Shown: positions 27,510 to 37,919, numbered from the whole stretch's first letter. The stretch: DNA of 63,095 nucleotides, filler included, from Sphacelaria rigidula (GCA_964200075.2; 10 parts of 10 records of this genome joined end to end with filler, not necessarily neighbours in it), one strand, 5' to 3'. Numbers and translations are program-made. Notes: generated from the letters alone by a model not told the origin.

Positions 27510-28403
27510 GGGGGAGAGGTGGATATCTCCGCAGGGGATAGTAATAACACAATCGTCAGCGTCGATTTTCGGGTTAGCCAGACTAATAGTATGAAGTGGT
27601 TGATGAGTTGATGGGGACAAAATGCACCGAGTGCATACCGCATTGAGTTCGATTTGTTTTGGTTGCGGGTATTTTAATTTGTTGTAATTCTAGTGGGACA
27701 CTGCCGTGCGTAGAAACGGGACAACACATAATACCAGAATTCTTGAGCCGAAGCAAAATGTAGCGTTCAGTATGAAAGCGGTATTTGCGGAGGCGTGTAC
27801 AAATTCTGACGATGTGGGACGTACGTACAGAAAAATATACGTGTTTGTATATGCTGTACGACGTCTGTCCTTGTTTCTCAGCTGCAGTGCGCCGCTGCCA
27901 GTAGAAAAGTAGGCCATCGCAGCTAGGTTGCCGCACACACGAGTACAGATACTGTCACCAGCAACGAGTAGCCTTCATCTAGCAGCGGCCTACTGGTCTA
28001 AGCAACACAAGTAGGTAGAAGTAGGCAAGGACTAGCGCGCTTCGCAGAGGATCGATCAACTTTCCCACCCGCCGCCCCGTCGCTCAAGAAAGGGTGGAAC
28101 CAGGGTGCAAAACGTGGAAAGGGTGACTGTGCGGAGTACCACTACCGTAACAGTAGGGGGAGAGGTGGATAGCTCCGCAGGGGATAGTAATAACACAATC
28201 GTCAGCGTCGATTTTCGGGTTAGCCTGATTAACAGTATGTAGTGGTTGATGAGTTGATGGGGACAAAATGCACCGAGTGCATACCGCATTGAGTTCGATT
28301 TGTTTTGGTTGTGGGTAATTTAGTTTGTGGTAATTCTAGTGGGGCACTGCCGTGCGTAGAAACGGGACAACACATAATACCAGAATTCTTGAGCCGAAGC
28401 AAA
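27510..28403 (+). repeat. Split direct repeats of the YR retrotransposon: B1 27510-27757, spacer (putative A2) 27758-28155, B2 28156-28403
   Basis: Two 248-bp near-identical copies GGGGGAGAGGTGGATA...GAATTCTTGAGCCGAAGCAAA immediately after the YR ORF. Confidence 0.88.
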
Positions 28404-29852
28404 CAATTACGCTGAGCGAAACCATATTTCCCCCCAAAACTCAGCAGCAGTGAAGCAGTTGTGGCTAGGTGCACCGAACGAATGCGGTGTACACCCGTGT
28501 CGATGACGATATCACCAGCAAGAGAAGCAACGACAGAGAGGAAGCTCCTCGCCCGTGTCCTTTGCGTGTCCTCGCTCGGCGATGATCAATCGCTCGAGAG
28601 ACTGGCATCATGCATATTATCCGCATATACCCAACTTCTCATGTGCCGGTAGATATGTTATTATGTTGCTGCGCACAGCCCCCCGAAAAACATCAAGCTG
28701 CGGAGGGACCTCGTCTCTTCTTGTCTGTGGAGCTCACCAATGCGAAGATCGATTTCTCTCTGCCTCTCTTTTTGGACAGGATGCGCCTCTGTGCGCTGAA
28801 AAACATGTCGTTTAACAACAGGGCAATGTTCCCGTCGCCGCTACTGTTCTCTGTCACACACATGCCAGCAAGGGCGGTGCGCTGCGGCAACAATAACAGA
28901 TCCATTTTGAAGTTGGGGGGGTTATTCATCGTTGCTTTTTCTCAATATGTGACCCTCTGGGTGCCCGACCACAAGAGCGTACCACACGCCAGTTGGGGTG
29001 TGTGTATGAAACATCATACAATTGTGGAGACCTTCTTGACATGCGGAGTGAAAAAAGCTACCTATGGTGGTGACCTAGCCGTTGCTAGCGTGGTGCAGAG
29101 GGGTGCCTCCATGCTGCGATCTGGAGCACACACTGCTGCCTGAACACCTCTGTACAGTAGCTTTCGAGAATTTATTCCGATGTGAGGAGATAATGGATTA
29201 CAACCTGGGGCGAGATATGACCCCACGAGAAACAAGAGTGCTCCATGATCAACCCCTTGTCGTTGCATTTGACACCCACGCCACCAACCGCCGACCGCAA
29301 AGGTCTTGAGGCTAGCGTTCGTCGCTCTACTGTATTGGCTGGCGTCTGCACAGAGGTCACCCGCCGTAACACCATGTTCGGAATTTCGCAACAGCTGTAA
29401 GAACGAAACAGTTCGATTTTCCTATCTACATCCACATGATTAAAAGGACTCCTGTTACCTGAGAAACTGTGGCTTCCCCGTCTCCCCGCCAGGTATAAAA
29501 GACAAAGACAGAGTTTTTGCAAGCGCATGTAATACTCGCGGGGGAACATACAGTTTCTCCTCTCTGAAAATCCGCGTTTTCCAACCTGCAAACCGTTTCA
29601 TGCCCGTTGCTTTCTAATAAGAATTAGAAACTGCCGATTTCTGTTCCGTTTGTACTGATTCCCGGATATCAATGCCAGCAAACTTTGGTATTGCGGTTCG
29701 ACAGTATCTTCGCACGTTTGGCCGGACCCAAAGCGGTCACTTTCCCCATTCAGTGTTTCACACCTTAGCGCAACTAACATATGCAATTCGCCGGTAAGCG
29801 CGTGCTGGCCTTCACGGCAACTGACTCATGAAACTGCGCGCAATTTTTCGCT

Positions 29853-30659
29853 CTATCCTGAAGTCGCGCACGTCAAGACCGCACCCCTACCATCCTTGTC
29901 TACAAGCCTTCTCACTTCTTTGGGAAGCTGCCGGCCGCTCAGGTTGGTAAACCCTTGCATGAGCCTCCAAAAATCTGCAGCGTCCTGACCCTTGTCTCGG
30001 TCACTCCGTTTGCGCTTGGCGCTACTACCTGCGCCCTCCCCGCTGCTTTCTCCGCTGCGGGCCTCCTCCTGTTGGTCTGTCCCAGGGCGCTGCTCCTTCT
30101 TCGGGGGAGGGGGGGGGGGTTCGCGCACCCTTTCAACTTCCTTCTGCCCACTCGGCAGCATGACATATCCACCGCCCTCTTCATGCAGGACTCGCAAGTC
30201 TGCTAGCCGCTGTACCATCATGGTCCGCACGAGTTCACGACATGTCGTGCTGCGCCGTTGGGTTGGCTTGGAGGCATCTCTCTGTGCACGCCCAATCTCC
30301 TGCGCCTGTGAGCGGAAAGTAGAAGTATCCCCGCCTCCCATCGCCATGATGGGAACCAGGCGGTCTCCGAGTGTCCAAGGGCACCCGGTGAAGGCGCGGA
30401 GGACCCGGCCATCTGCGAAGCACACTTGTTCGAGGCCCACAACGCGAGGCTCGCGTACTGTACCCTTCGACCATACACGGCAGACCCATGAGGCCTGCGC
30501 CGGGTTGGAATGGAACCGCGCTGGCCCGTTGCCCCGGGGTAAGGCGCGTAACAGGCGCGTAACAGGCGCTGCCCTCCCTTTACCTTTTCCCCCGTCTCCG
30601 CCATCGGCACTCGCGCCGGCGCTTGCTGCATTGCCGCCGGTGTTGGAGGTGTTGACCAT
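29853..30659 (-). CDS. Uncharacterised 268-aa intronless ORF, possibly transposon-derived
   Basis: ATG-initiated, GC-rich, basic KRKR motif, low-complexity termini; no recognised domain. Confidence 0.35.
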   Translation of the reverse strand: MVNTSNTGGNAASAGASADGGDGGKGKGRAAPVTRLLRALPRGNGPARFHSNPAQASWVCRVWSKGTVREPRVVGLEQVCFADGRVLRAFTGCPWTLGDRLVPIMAMGGGDTSTFRSQAQEIGRAQRDASKPTQRRSTTCRELVRTMMVQRLADLRVLHEEGGGYVMLPSGQKEVERVREPPPPPPKKEQRPGTDQQEEARSGESSGEGAGSSAKRKRSDRDKGQDAADFWRLMQGFTNLSGRQLPKEVRRLVDKDGRGAVLTCATSG

Positions 30660-31394
30660 TGTTTCGCCCGTGCAGCACGTGTACGCCTAACTAATCACAC
30701 TAATATCCCGAACGCTTGACACAGATAATAGAGAGCTTCTGAATTGAGACAACGACCCGGGTCGCATTGCGGATCTGGGCGAAATCCTACCAGATTTGTA
30801 AACGTAGCATAGTACGTCTTGATAGGACGCCTGGAGACGCGTTGAGGCTGGAGGTTGCTGAACGCATCCGCGATAAACTGGGATGGGACTTTAGCCGACG
30901 GCAGCATCGCTTAACCGTTTGCGTTATATATTTCCACGTTCACGGTCAGGCTAACCCCCCCCCCCCCCGCGCCCGCCGCCCTCCTTCCGCGATAGCGAAA
31001 AAAGAGAAGGAGAAGAGCAACAGAAAAGAAAAGAAAAGAAAAGAAAAGAATAATGAGAGGGCGACGCAAAGGGGAACAGAAAATGCGAAGAGAAGTGATG
31101 AATGCTACCAATAATAATCAAAAACAAATGAGAATAAAAGAGTGAATAAAAAGGCGAAGGACGAGAAAAAAAAAGCAAGAGAGAGAGGGAGAGAGAAATC
31201 GAGAACCGGAGCCAGCATAAGCCCATGCATGCTTGCGCGCGCCATGCCTTTCCTCACGTACATAGTTGGATGCAGAGGCCTGGTTGAAGGGGTTGCATAA
31301 CAGAACACGCACAGTGGGAACTGTCAGCGCCCCACCACCAACACTCACAAAGCGAGAACAACAATGAATGGGCGCGGGCAGCGAGTTGGCTACA

Positions 31395-31500
31395 GAGTGA
31401 TGCTACGGTAGGGGTACACAAATAATATCTGAAGTTAGAATTGTTAGGAGCCCTTTACCTCATCCAAAACATGACTTATGAAAATATGCGAGAGTACGCC
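31395..31500 (+). mobile_element. MITE family A, 5' part truncated by contig end
   Basis: GAGTGATGCTACGGTAGGGGTACACAAATA... Confidence 0.85.
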
Positions 31501-31601
31501 NNNNNNNNNNNNNNNNNNNNNNNNNNNNNNNNNNNNNNNNNNNNTTAATTAATTAANNNNNNNNNNNNNNNNNNNNNNNNNNNNNNNNNNNNNNNNNNNN
31601 C

Positions 31602-32459
31602 GTCACGCGTCGCCTCGACGGCCTCCTCCACGGCGATCACCGCGGACTCGTACCCGGTCACGGAAGTGAACTCGGCGAGACCCGCCGCTATACCGCAGGC
31701 GACGACGTCCGGCGCATGGACTGGAACGTCACCGCTCGCCTCTCCGAGCCGTACATTCGCCAGACCATCGCCGATCGCGAGCTCGAAACCTGGATCCTCG
31801 CCGATCGCTCGCCGCGCCTCGACTTCGGCACGGCCGACGTCGAGAAACGAGACCTGGTGCTCGCCGGCACTGCTGCGGTCGGTTTCCTGACCAACCGAGA
31901 CGGCAACCGGATCGGTGCGGTCCTCGCCGGTGCCGACGGCAACGTCGTGATCCCGGCCAAGGGCACCCGCCGCCATCTCCTCCACATCCTCCACACGCTG
32001 GCCGAGACACCCCGCCAAGAGACCGCAGGGGTCACCGACCTCGCCGGCGCCCTCCACCGCCTCAACGGCCTCGCTCGACGTCGTGGCCTCATCGCCGTCA
32101 TCTCCGACTTCCGAGTGGGTGAAGGCTGGGAAGACGCCCTCGCCGTCGCGTCGGTCCGCCACGACGTCCTCGCCATCGAGGTGAGCGATCCACGCGAATC
32201 GGTGCTGCCGAACGTCGGGCTCCTCACCGTCGTCGACCCCGGCACCGGGCAGCGGCGAGAACTCGCCACCAACAAGGCATCGGTCCGAAAGGCCTACGCC
32301 GACGCGGCTGCGGCCCACCACGAACACCTTGCCGAGACCTTCCGCCGCAACCGCATCGAACACCTCAGGCTGTCGACCGATCGTCCGTGGCTCGACGACG
32401 TCGTCGCCTTCATGTCCAACCGTCGCCTGCTCATGAACGCGCCAGGAGCACACCGATGA
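31602..32459 (+). CDS. DUF58 domain protein of a MoxR-type operon, 5'-truncated by contig start
   Basis: Frame open from contig start: RRLDGLLHGDH..GSELGETRRYTAGDDVRRMDWNVTAR, ISDF, DPRE motifs; stop overlaps the next ATG (ATGA). Confidence 0.93.
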   Translation, partial: VTRRLDGLLHGDHRGLVPGHGSELGETRRYTAGDDVRRMDWNVTARLSEPYIRQTIADRELETWILADRSPRLDFGTADVEKRDLVLAGTAAVGFLTNRDGNRIGAVLAGADGNVVIPAKGTRRHLLHILHTLAETPRQETAGVTDLAGALHRLNGLARRRGLIAVISDFRVGEGWEDALAVASVRHDVLAIEVSDPRESVLPNVGLLTVVDPGTGQRRELATNKASVRKAYADAAAAHHEHLAETFRRNRIEHLRLSTDRPWLDDVVAFMSNRRLLMNAPGAHR

Positions 32460-33430
32460 GTTTCCTCTCCCCCAACCGTCTCTGGCTGTTGCTCGCCGTC
32501 CTCGCACTGGCGATCGTCTACATCGTCGCCCAACGACGGCGCAAGACCTACGCCGCACGTCTCGCGTCGGCCCACATGCTCGATTCGGTGATTCCGAACC
32601 GTCCGGGCTGGCGACGCCACGGCGTCACCGCCGTCTTCCTGGCCGCGCTGACCGCGTTCGTGACCGCCTTCGCCCAACCGGCCACCGAGCAGCAGGTCCC
32701 GAGAGAACGAGCGACCGTCATCGTCGCCATCGACGTCTCGCTGTCGATGGAAGCCGCCGACGTCGACCCCACCCGACTCCTCGCCGCCCAAGAGGCCGCA
32801 AACCGATTCATCGACGAACTCCCATCCACACTCAACGTCGGCATCGTCGCCTTCGCAGGCCAGGCCAGCGTGCTCGTGCCCCCGACCACGGATCGGGCCG
32901 CCGCCCATCGGGCCATCGACCGTCTCCAGCTGGCCGAATCGACCGCGATCGGCGAGGCGATCTTCACCTCGCTCGACGCCCTCGCCGCGGCCCCGGGGGC
33001 CGACGAGAACGGCGAGATCCCGCCGGCGCGCATCGTGCTGTTGTCCGATGGCGAGACCACGGTCGGACGACCCGACGCCGAAGCGGTCGTGCAGGCCATC
33101 GAAGACGAAGTCCAGGTCTCGACCATCGCCTTCGGCACCACCTCCGGAGCCATCGCCTACGACGATCCGGAGACCCCGCAGGTCGAGCAGGAACTCATCC
33201 CGGTTCCCGTCCGCGACGACAACCTTCGTGCCATCGCCGACGCCACCGGAGGCACGTTCTTCGCCGCCGAGAACCTCTCCGAACTCGAAGCCGTCTACCA
33301 AGACATCGGTTCGGCCATCGGCTACGAAACCGAGCTCGGCGAAGTCACCGACTGGTTCGTCGGTGGCGGCCTCGTGCTCCTGCTGATCTCGTCGCTCCTC
33401 AGCGCCTGGTGGTTCCAGCGCCTCATCTGA
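32456..33430 (+). CDS. VWA-domain membrane protein (BatA/Rv1481-like)
   Basis: MSFLSP N-terminus with TM helices, MIDAS DVSLS...T...LSDG, C-terminal TM; start at 32456 is coupled to the DUF58 stop. Confidence 0.95.
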   Translation: MSFLSPNRLWLLLAVLALAIVYIVAQRRRKTYAARLASAHMLDSVIPNRPGWRRHGVTAVFLAALTAFVTAFAQPATEQQVPRERATVIVAIDVSLSMEAADVDPTRLLAAQEAANRFIDELPSTLNVGIVAFAGQASVLVPPTTDRAAAHRAIDRLQLAESTAIGEAIFTSLDALAAAPGADENGEIPPARIVLLSDGETTVGRPDAEAVVQAIEDEVQVSTIAFGTTSGAIAYDDPETPQVEQELIPVPVRDDNLRAIADATGGTFFAAENLSELEAVYQDIGSAIGYETELGEVTDWFVGGGLVLLLISSLLSAWWFQRLI

Positions 33431-33445
33431 GGGCGCCACGGATCC

Positions 33446-33501
33446 AGATCAGTACCGATGAAGATCGGTACCGATGAAGATCGGTACCGATGAAGATCAG
33501 T
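33446..33501. repeat. 3.5 x 16-bp tandem repeat AGATC[GA]GTACCGATGA between convergent genes
   Basis: Units at 33446, 33462, 33478 and partial at 33494; core ATCGGTACCGAT is a perfect palindrome. Confidence 0.92.
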
Positions 33502-36500
33502 GCTGGATGGCATCGTTGCCGTCGGCGGTCTCCGCGTGCTGGTCGGCGTTCAGATCGATCTCTGCCCGCTTCTTCTCGACCTTCTCGCTGACGACCTTCG
33601 ACGAGCCACCGGGCTTCATCGACACGCCGTAGAGCACGTCGGCCGCTTCCATGGTGCGCTTCTGGTGGCTGACGATGATCAGCTGGGCGTCCTTGCGGAA
33701 CTCCTCGACCAGTGACAGGAACCGGCTGATGTTCATGTCGTCGAGGGCGGCTTCGACCTCGTCCATCACGTAGAACGGCGACGGCCGACTGCGGAACACC
33801 GCGAAGAGGAAGCCCAGCGCCGTCAGCGACCGCTCGCCGCCCGAGAGCAGCGAGAGCTTCTTGACGTTCTTGCCGCCGGGCTTCGCCTCGATCTCGACAC
33901 CACAGTTGAGCAGGTCTTCGGGGTTCGTCAGCTGCACGGTCCCCTTGCCACCGGGGAACAGGGTGTCGAAGAGTTCGGTGAAGTTGGTGGCGACGTCGGC
34001 ATAGGCCTCGGAGAACACGGTGACGATGCGCTCGTCGATCTCGCGGATGAGACGCTGGAGCTCGCGCCGGCTGGACTTGATGTCTTCGAGCTGGGCGGTC
34101 AGGAACTCGTGACGCTCCTGGATCTCGGCATATTCCTCGAGTGCAAGCGGGTTGATCGGCCCGAGAAGTTTGAGTTCCCGCTCGAGGTCACGCACCCGGC
34201 TCTCCGGCGTGGTGTTGGCCGGCACCTCGGGCAAGGGGGCATCCATCGCCACCTGTGGCTCGACGTCGAGTTCACGACGCATGGCGTCGGTGAGGGTCTC
34301 GAGCCGGACCCGAGCCTCGGTCTCGCCCAGTTCGACCTTGGACCGCCGCTCACGAACCTCGACGAGGTCGCGTTCGGCCTGCTTGCGTTCACCACGCCGA
34401 GACGACAGGTGCCGGGAGACGTCTTTGACCGCCGCCGACTGCTCCTGCTGCTCGGCTTCGAGGTCGACCAGCCAGGCGGCAAGCCGCCGGCCGGCGTCGT
34501 CGAGATCCTGGGCCAGGCCCTGGACCACGCCGAGCTGCACTTCGAGCTTCTCACGGCGGACCCGCGCCTGTTCGCGCTCGACCACGAGCCGCTCGAGTCG
34601 CTGTTCGACCTCGACGGTGCGACGGCGAAGGATCTCTTCACGCTCGGTCATGCCCGCCGACTTGACCTCGAGGTTGGTCCGGACCGATGCAAGGGCGCGG
34701 TTTCGCTCTTCGAGCGATGCCCGAAGCCGACCCATCTGCTGGGTGCGATCGAGATGGGCCGCTTCGTCGGCCTCGAGACCGGGCAGCTGCAACTGGAGAT
34801 CATCGAGCTCTGACCGATCTCGGTCTTGGCGTGCCGCGATCTCCGCCTGCTGATTCTGCAGTCGCTCGCGATCGGTCGAGACGCGTTCGACCTCGACCTT
34901 TGCTCGTTCGGCCGCTGCTGTGGCGTTCTCGAACTCGCGATTCGACGTCCGCAGCTGCTCTTCGAGCTGACGGCGCTGCTGTTTGGCCTTCTCGAGCTCG
35001 GTCCGACACTCGGTGAGCGTCGCCGCCGCCTCGGCGGCGCGGCGGGCGGCAGACTCGGCCTCGTGCCGCGCTTCGTCGAGCGCGGCACCCGTGGCTCCGG
35101 TCCCTGCCTGTCCGATGCGCCAGCCGGTTGCGGCGAAGCGGTCGCCGCCACGGGTGACGATGGTGAGTTCCGGGTGGGTCAACGCCGCGTCGACGGCGGC
35201 TCGCCAATCGCCTTCGACCGCCACGGCACCGGCGAGCAACGCATCGAGCATGGGCTCGACATCGGGGCGGGTTGCTCGCACATGGGCCCGGACCGACTCG
35301 CCGAAGCCAGGCAGACCCGGGGCGGTCCGTGGCGATGACAGGGCGAGCACGGCACCGCTCAGGTCACGTGCCGCCAGGGCATCGAGCGCCGCACGGCCGT
35401 TGGCGACATCGTCGACCACGACGGCCTGCAGCGCCTCGCCTGCAGCTGCTTCGACGGCGGCCTCCCAGCCCTCATCGATGTCGACGAGGTCGAGCAGGAT
35501 GCCGAGGACGCCGTCGGCCTGGGCCAGGGCATCGGCGCCGGCGGCACTCCGAGCCGACGACAACGCCTGCTCGAGCGCGTCGGCGCGAGCCTGCCAGCGA
35601 TTGACGTCGGCGTCGGCCTCGCGCCGCTCTTCGGTGGCGGTCTCGAGCCGGGCCTCGGCCCGATCACGGTCGTTCTGTGCCAGGGCGAGCGCCGACTCGA
35701 GCGCCGGTCGTTCGTCGTTCTCGATCCGGCTGGCGTCGGCGGCGGCGGCAAGGCCGTCTCGCTCGATGCGATCACGGCGCTCGGAGATGCTCTCGAGCTG
35801 CTCGAGAATGCGGCTTCCCTCTTGGCGATCGCGCTCAGCCGCCGAGCGGAGCGCGTTCAGCTGGGCCCGAACCTCGGCAGCAGCCACGGGGGTCGGGCCG
35901 ACACCTTCTCCCCACTCCTCCTCGAACGCGGCAAGATCGGCGGCAATGCTCTGGGCACGGACTTCGAGGGCTTCGAACTCGGGCTCGAGCGCGGCCTTCT
36001 CGGCGATCGTGGCTTCGAGGTCGGCCGCGATCCGGGCCGATTCGGCCTCGAGGCTCGAGACGACACCCTCGTCGACCGAAGACTGGAGTTCGCCCGACAG
36101 GCGGCGATGGCGCTCGGCCACCACGTTGACCTGACCTCGAATACGTTCTCGCAGGCTGCGCCCACGGTTGAGCACGTCGGTGACATCGGAGCCGCCGAGG
36201 GCACGCAGTTCGGCCTCGGCGTCGATGACCACGGCGTCGAGTTGGGCGAGCTTGATCTTGAGATCTCGCTCCTGCTGGTCGAACTCGTGATGCTGGCGCT
36301 TCGCCGATTCGAGCGCCGTGGTGATGGCGCTGAGCTCTCGTCCGACCAAATGCAGCTTCAGCGCCGTCAACTCGGCGATGAGATCGCCATGGCGACGGGC
36401 GGCATTCGCCTGCTTCTCGAGCGGCTTCAGCTGCCGCTTGACCTCGCGCACGAGATCGGCGAGGCGGGCCAGGTTGTCGTCGGTCGAGGCCAGACGACGC

Positions 36501-37033
36501 TCAGACCGCTCCTTGCGCTTACGGTATTTGAGGACACCGGCCGCCTCTTCGATGATCTGGCGACGCTCTTCCGGCCGAGCGTTGAGCACGGCGTCGATCT
36601 GGCCCTGCGAGACGATGATGTGCTGCTGGCGGCCGACACCGGAATCCGAGAGCAGGTCCTGCACGTCGAGGAGTCGGCATGAGACACCGTTGATCGCATA
36701 TTCCGACTCACCGGTACGGAAGAGGGTGCGTGTGACCTGCACCTCGGAGAACTCGATCGGCAGCGTGCCATCGGAGTTGTCGATGGTGATGGACACCTCG
36801 GCTCGGCCCAATGCGGGACGCTTCGAGGTGCCGGCGAAGATGACGTCGTCCATCTTCTGGGATCGGACCGCCTTCGGCGCCTGAGCGCCGAGCACCCACG
36901 CCATGGCGTCGACCACGTTGGACTTGCCCGATCCGTTCGGCCCGACCACGACGGTGACGCCGGGTTCGAGCTCGAGCGTCGCCGGATCGGCGAACGATTT
37001 GAACCCCTTGATCGCCAAGGATTTCAGATACAC
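33497..37033 (-). CDS. smc: Chromosome segregation protein SMC
   Basis: 1178 aa; GFKSF, Walker A GPNGSGKSN, Q-loop SQG, coiled coils and hinge, LSGGE signature, Walker B/D-loop VMDEVEAALD; GTG start. Confidence 0.98.
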   Translation of the reverse strand: MYLKSLAIKGFKSFADPATLELEPGVTVVVGPNGSGKSNVVDAMAWVLGAQAPKAVRSQKMDDVIFAGTSKRPALGRAEVSITIDNSDGTLPIEFSEVQVTRTLFRTGESEYAINGVSCRLLDVQDLLSDSGVGRQQHIIVSQGQIDAVLNARPEERRQIIEEAAGVLKYRKRKERSERRLASTDDNLARLADLVREVKRQLKPLEKQANAARRHGDLIAELTALKLHLVGRELSAITTALESAKRQHHEFDQQERDLKIKLAQLDAVVIDAEAELRALGGSDVTDVLNRGRSLRERIRGQVNVVAERHRRLSGELQSSVDEGVVSSLEAESARIAADLEATIAEKAALEPEFEALEVRAQSIAADLAAFEEEWGEGVGPTPVAAAEVRAQLNALRSAAERDRQEGSRILEQLESISERRDRIERDGLAAAADASRIENDERPALESALALAQNDRDRAEARLETATEERREADADVNRWQARADALEQALSSARSAAGADALAQADGVLGILLDLVDIDEGWEAAVEAAAGEALQAVVVDDVANGRAALDALAARDLSGAVLALSSPRTAPGLPGFGESVRAHVRATRPDVEPMLDALLAGAVAVEGDWRAAVDAALTHPELTIVTRGGDRFAATGWRIGQAGTGATGAALDEARHEAESAARRAAEAAATLTECRTELEKAKQQRRQLEEQLRTSNREFENATAAAERAKVEVERVSTDRERLQNQQAEIAARQDRDRSELDDLQLQLPGLEADEAAHLDRTQQMGRLRASLEERNRALASVRTNLEVKSAGMTEREEILRRRTVEVEQRLERLVVEREQARVRREKLEVQLGVVQGLAQDLDDAGRRLAAWLVDLEAEQQEQSAAVKDVSRHLSSRRGERKQAERDLVEVRERRSKVELGETEARVRLETLTDAMRRELDVEPQVAMDAPLPEVPANTTPESRVRDLERELKLLGPINPLALEEYAEIQERHEFLTAQLEDIKSSRRELQRLIREIDERIVTVFSEAYADVATNFTELFDTLFPGGKGTVQLTNPEDLLNCGVEIEAKPGGKNVKKLSLLSGGERSLTALGFLFAVFRSRPSPFYVMDEVEAALDDMNISRFLSLVEEFRKDAQLIIVSHQKRTMEAADVLYGVSMKPGGSSKVVSEKVEKKRAEIDLNADQHAETADGNDAIQH

Positions 37034-37037
37034 AAAT

Positions 37038-37043
37038 CACCTC
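37038..37043 (-). promoter_or_regulatory. Shine-Dalgarno sequence for smc
   Basis: GAGGTG a few nt upstream of the GTG start. Confidence 0.6.
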
Positions 37044-37085
37044 GTGGTCCGCCAATGAGCGTGAAAGCTTACCTACGAGCTGCCC

Positions 37086-37819
37086 TCAGACTTGCGTGTT
37101 GCAGAAGTAGACCGTCCGGCCCTTGAACTGAGCCTTCTCGATCGGCAGGCGAGATCGGGGGCTGAGTTCGCCGTCTTTGCCGTAGACCGCCAGGTGATCG
37201 CCGTACTCACCCGGTGCGCCGGTGAGATCGATGAACGGCCGGGTCTCGAGCGACACGCCGCGGTATTTGATGGCGTCATAGAGGATGCCGACGACCGAGC
37301 GATACAGGCGTCGAAGTTCCTGGGTGGAGAGCTGGTTGGCCGGACGGTCGTACTTGATGCCGGCGTCGAAGAGGATCTCGTCGGAATAGATGTCGCCGAT
37401 GCCGACAAAGGCCTTGGGATCGGTGAGCACCGTCTTCAGCGGAGCCGTGAACGACTTCATGTAGCGCTCGAAGAGCACCCACGAGATCGGCTTTGCCAGC
37501 AGGTCGAGGCCGCCGGCGTTCGGCAACACGTCGTCGAGTTCTTCGGTCAGCACGGCGGTGATGTGTGAATCGGCGCCCGGGTCGACGATGCGGAGATCGC
37601 CGCCCTGGGTGAAACTGATGATGACGGCGGTGCCCGATTCGGCCGACTCCTTGCTGGCCACTCGGGACAACGAGGCGTCACCGAGAAGTTCGATGACGAT
37701 CGAGTGCTCGTTGTTGAGCTGGAGCACGATGGCCAGGTCGACACGTTCGACGACGACGATCTTGGCCCCCTCGACCAGATCGGTGAATCTCTTCTTGGTG
37801 CGATGGCGCGGCATCGTCT
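37086..37819 (-). CDS. Fpg/MutM-family DNA glycosylase homologue, divergent, 5'-truncated by contig end
   Basis: H2TH-like LK.VL.DPK.FVGIGDIYSDEILF, C-terminal VYGKDGE..PR...PIEK....GRT.YFC; lies directly upstream of smc as mutM does in many actinobacteria. Confidence 0.88.
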
Positions 37820-37919
37820 NNNNNNNNNNNNNNNNNNNNNNNNNNNNNNNNNNNNNNNNNNNNTTAATTAATTAANNNNNNNNNNNNNNNNNNNNNNNNN
37901 NNNNNNNNNNNNNNNNNNN

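Noticed and set aside
33446..33501. Mini-CRISPR array or parS site
   Set aside because: Units are 16 bp and contiguous with no spacers, no cas genes are present, and the sequence differs from TGTTTCACGTGAAACA
31601..37819. Horizontal transfer into the host genome, or smc as a Wadjet/MksBEF-type defence ATPase
   Set aside because: Contig is isolated by linkers; the protein has canonical SMC motifs and no jet/mks partner genes beside it
31545..37875. Many long overlapping ORFs antisense or out of frame to the four bacterial genes
   Set aside because: Shadow ORFs expected in high-GC coding DNA
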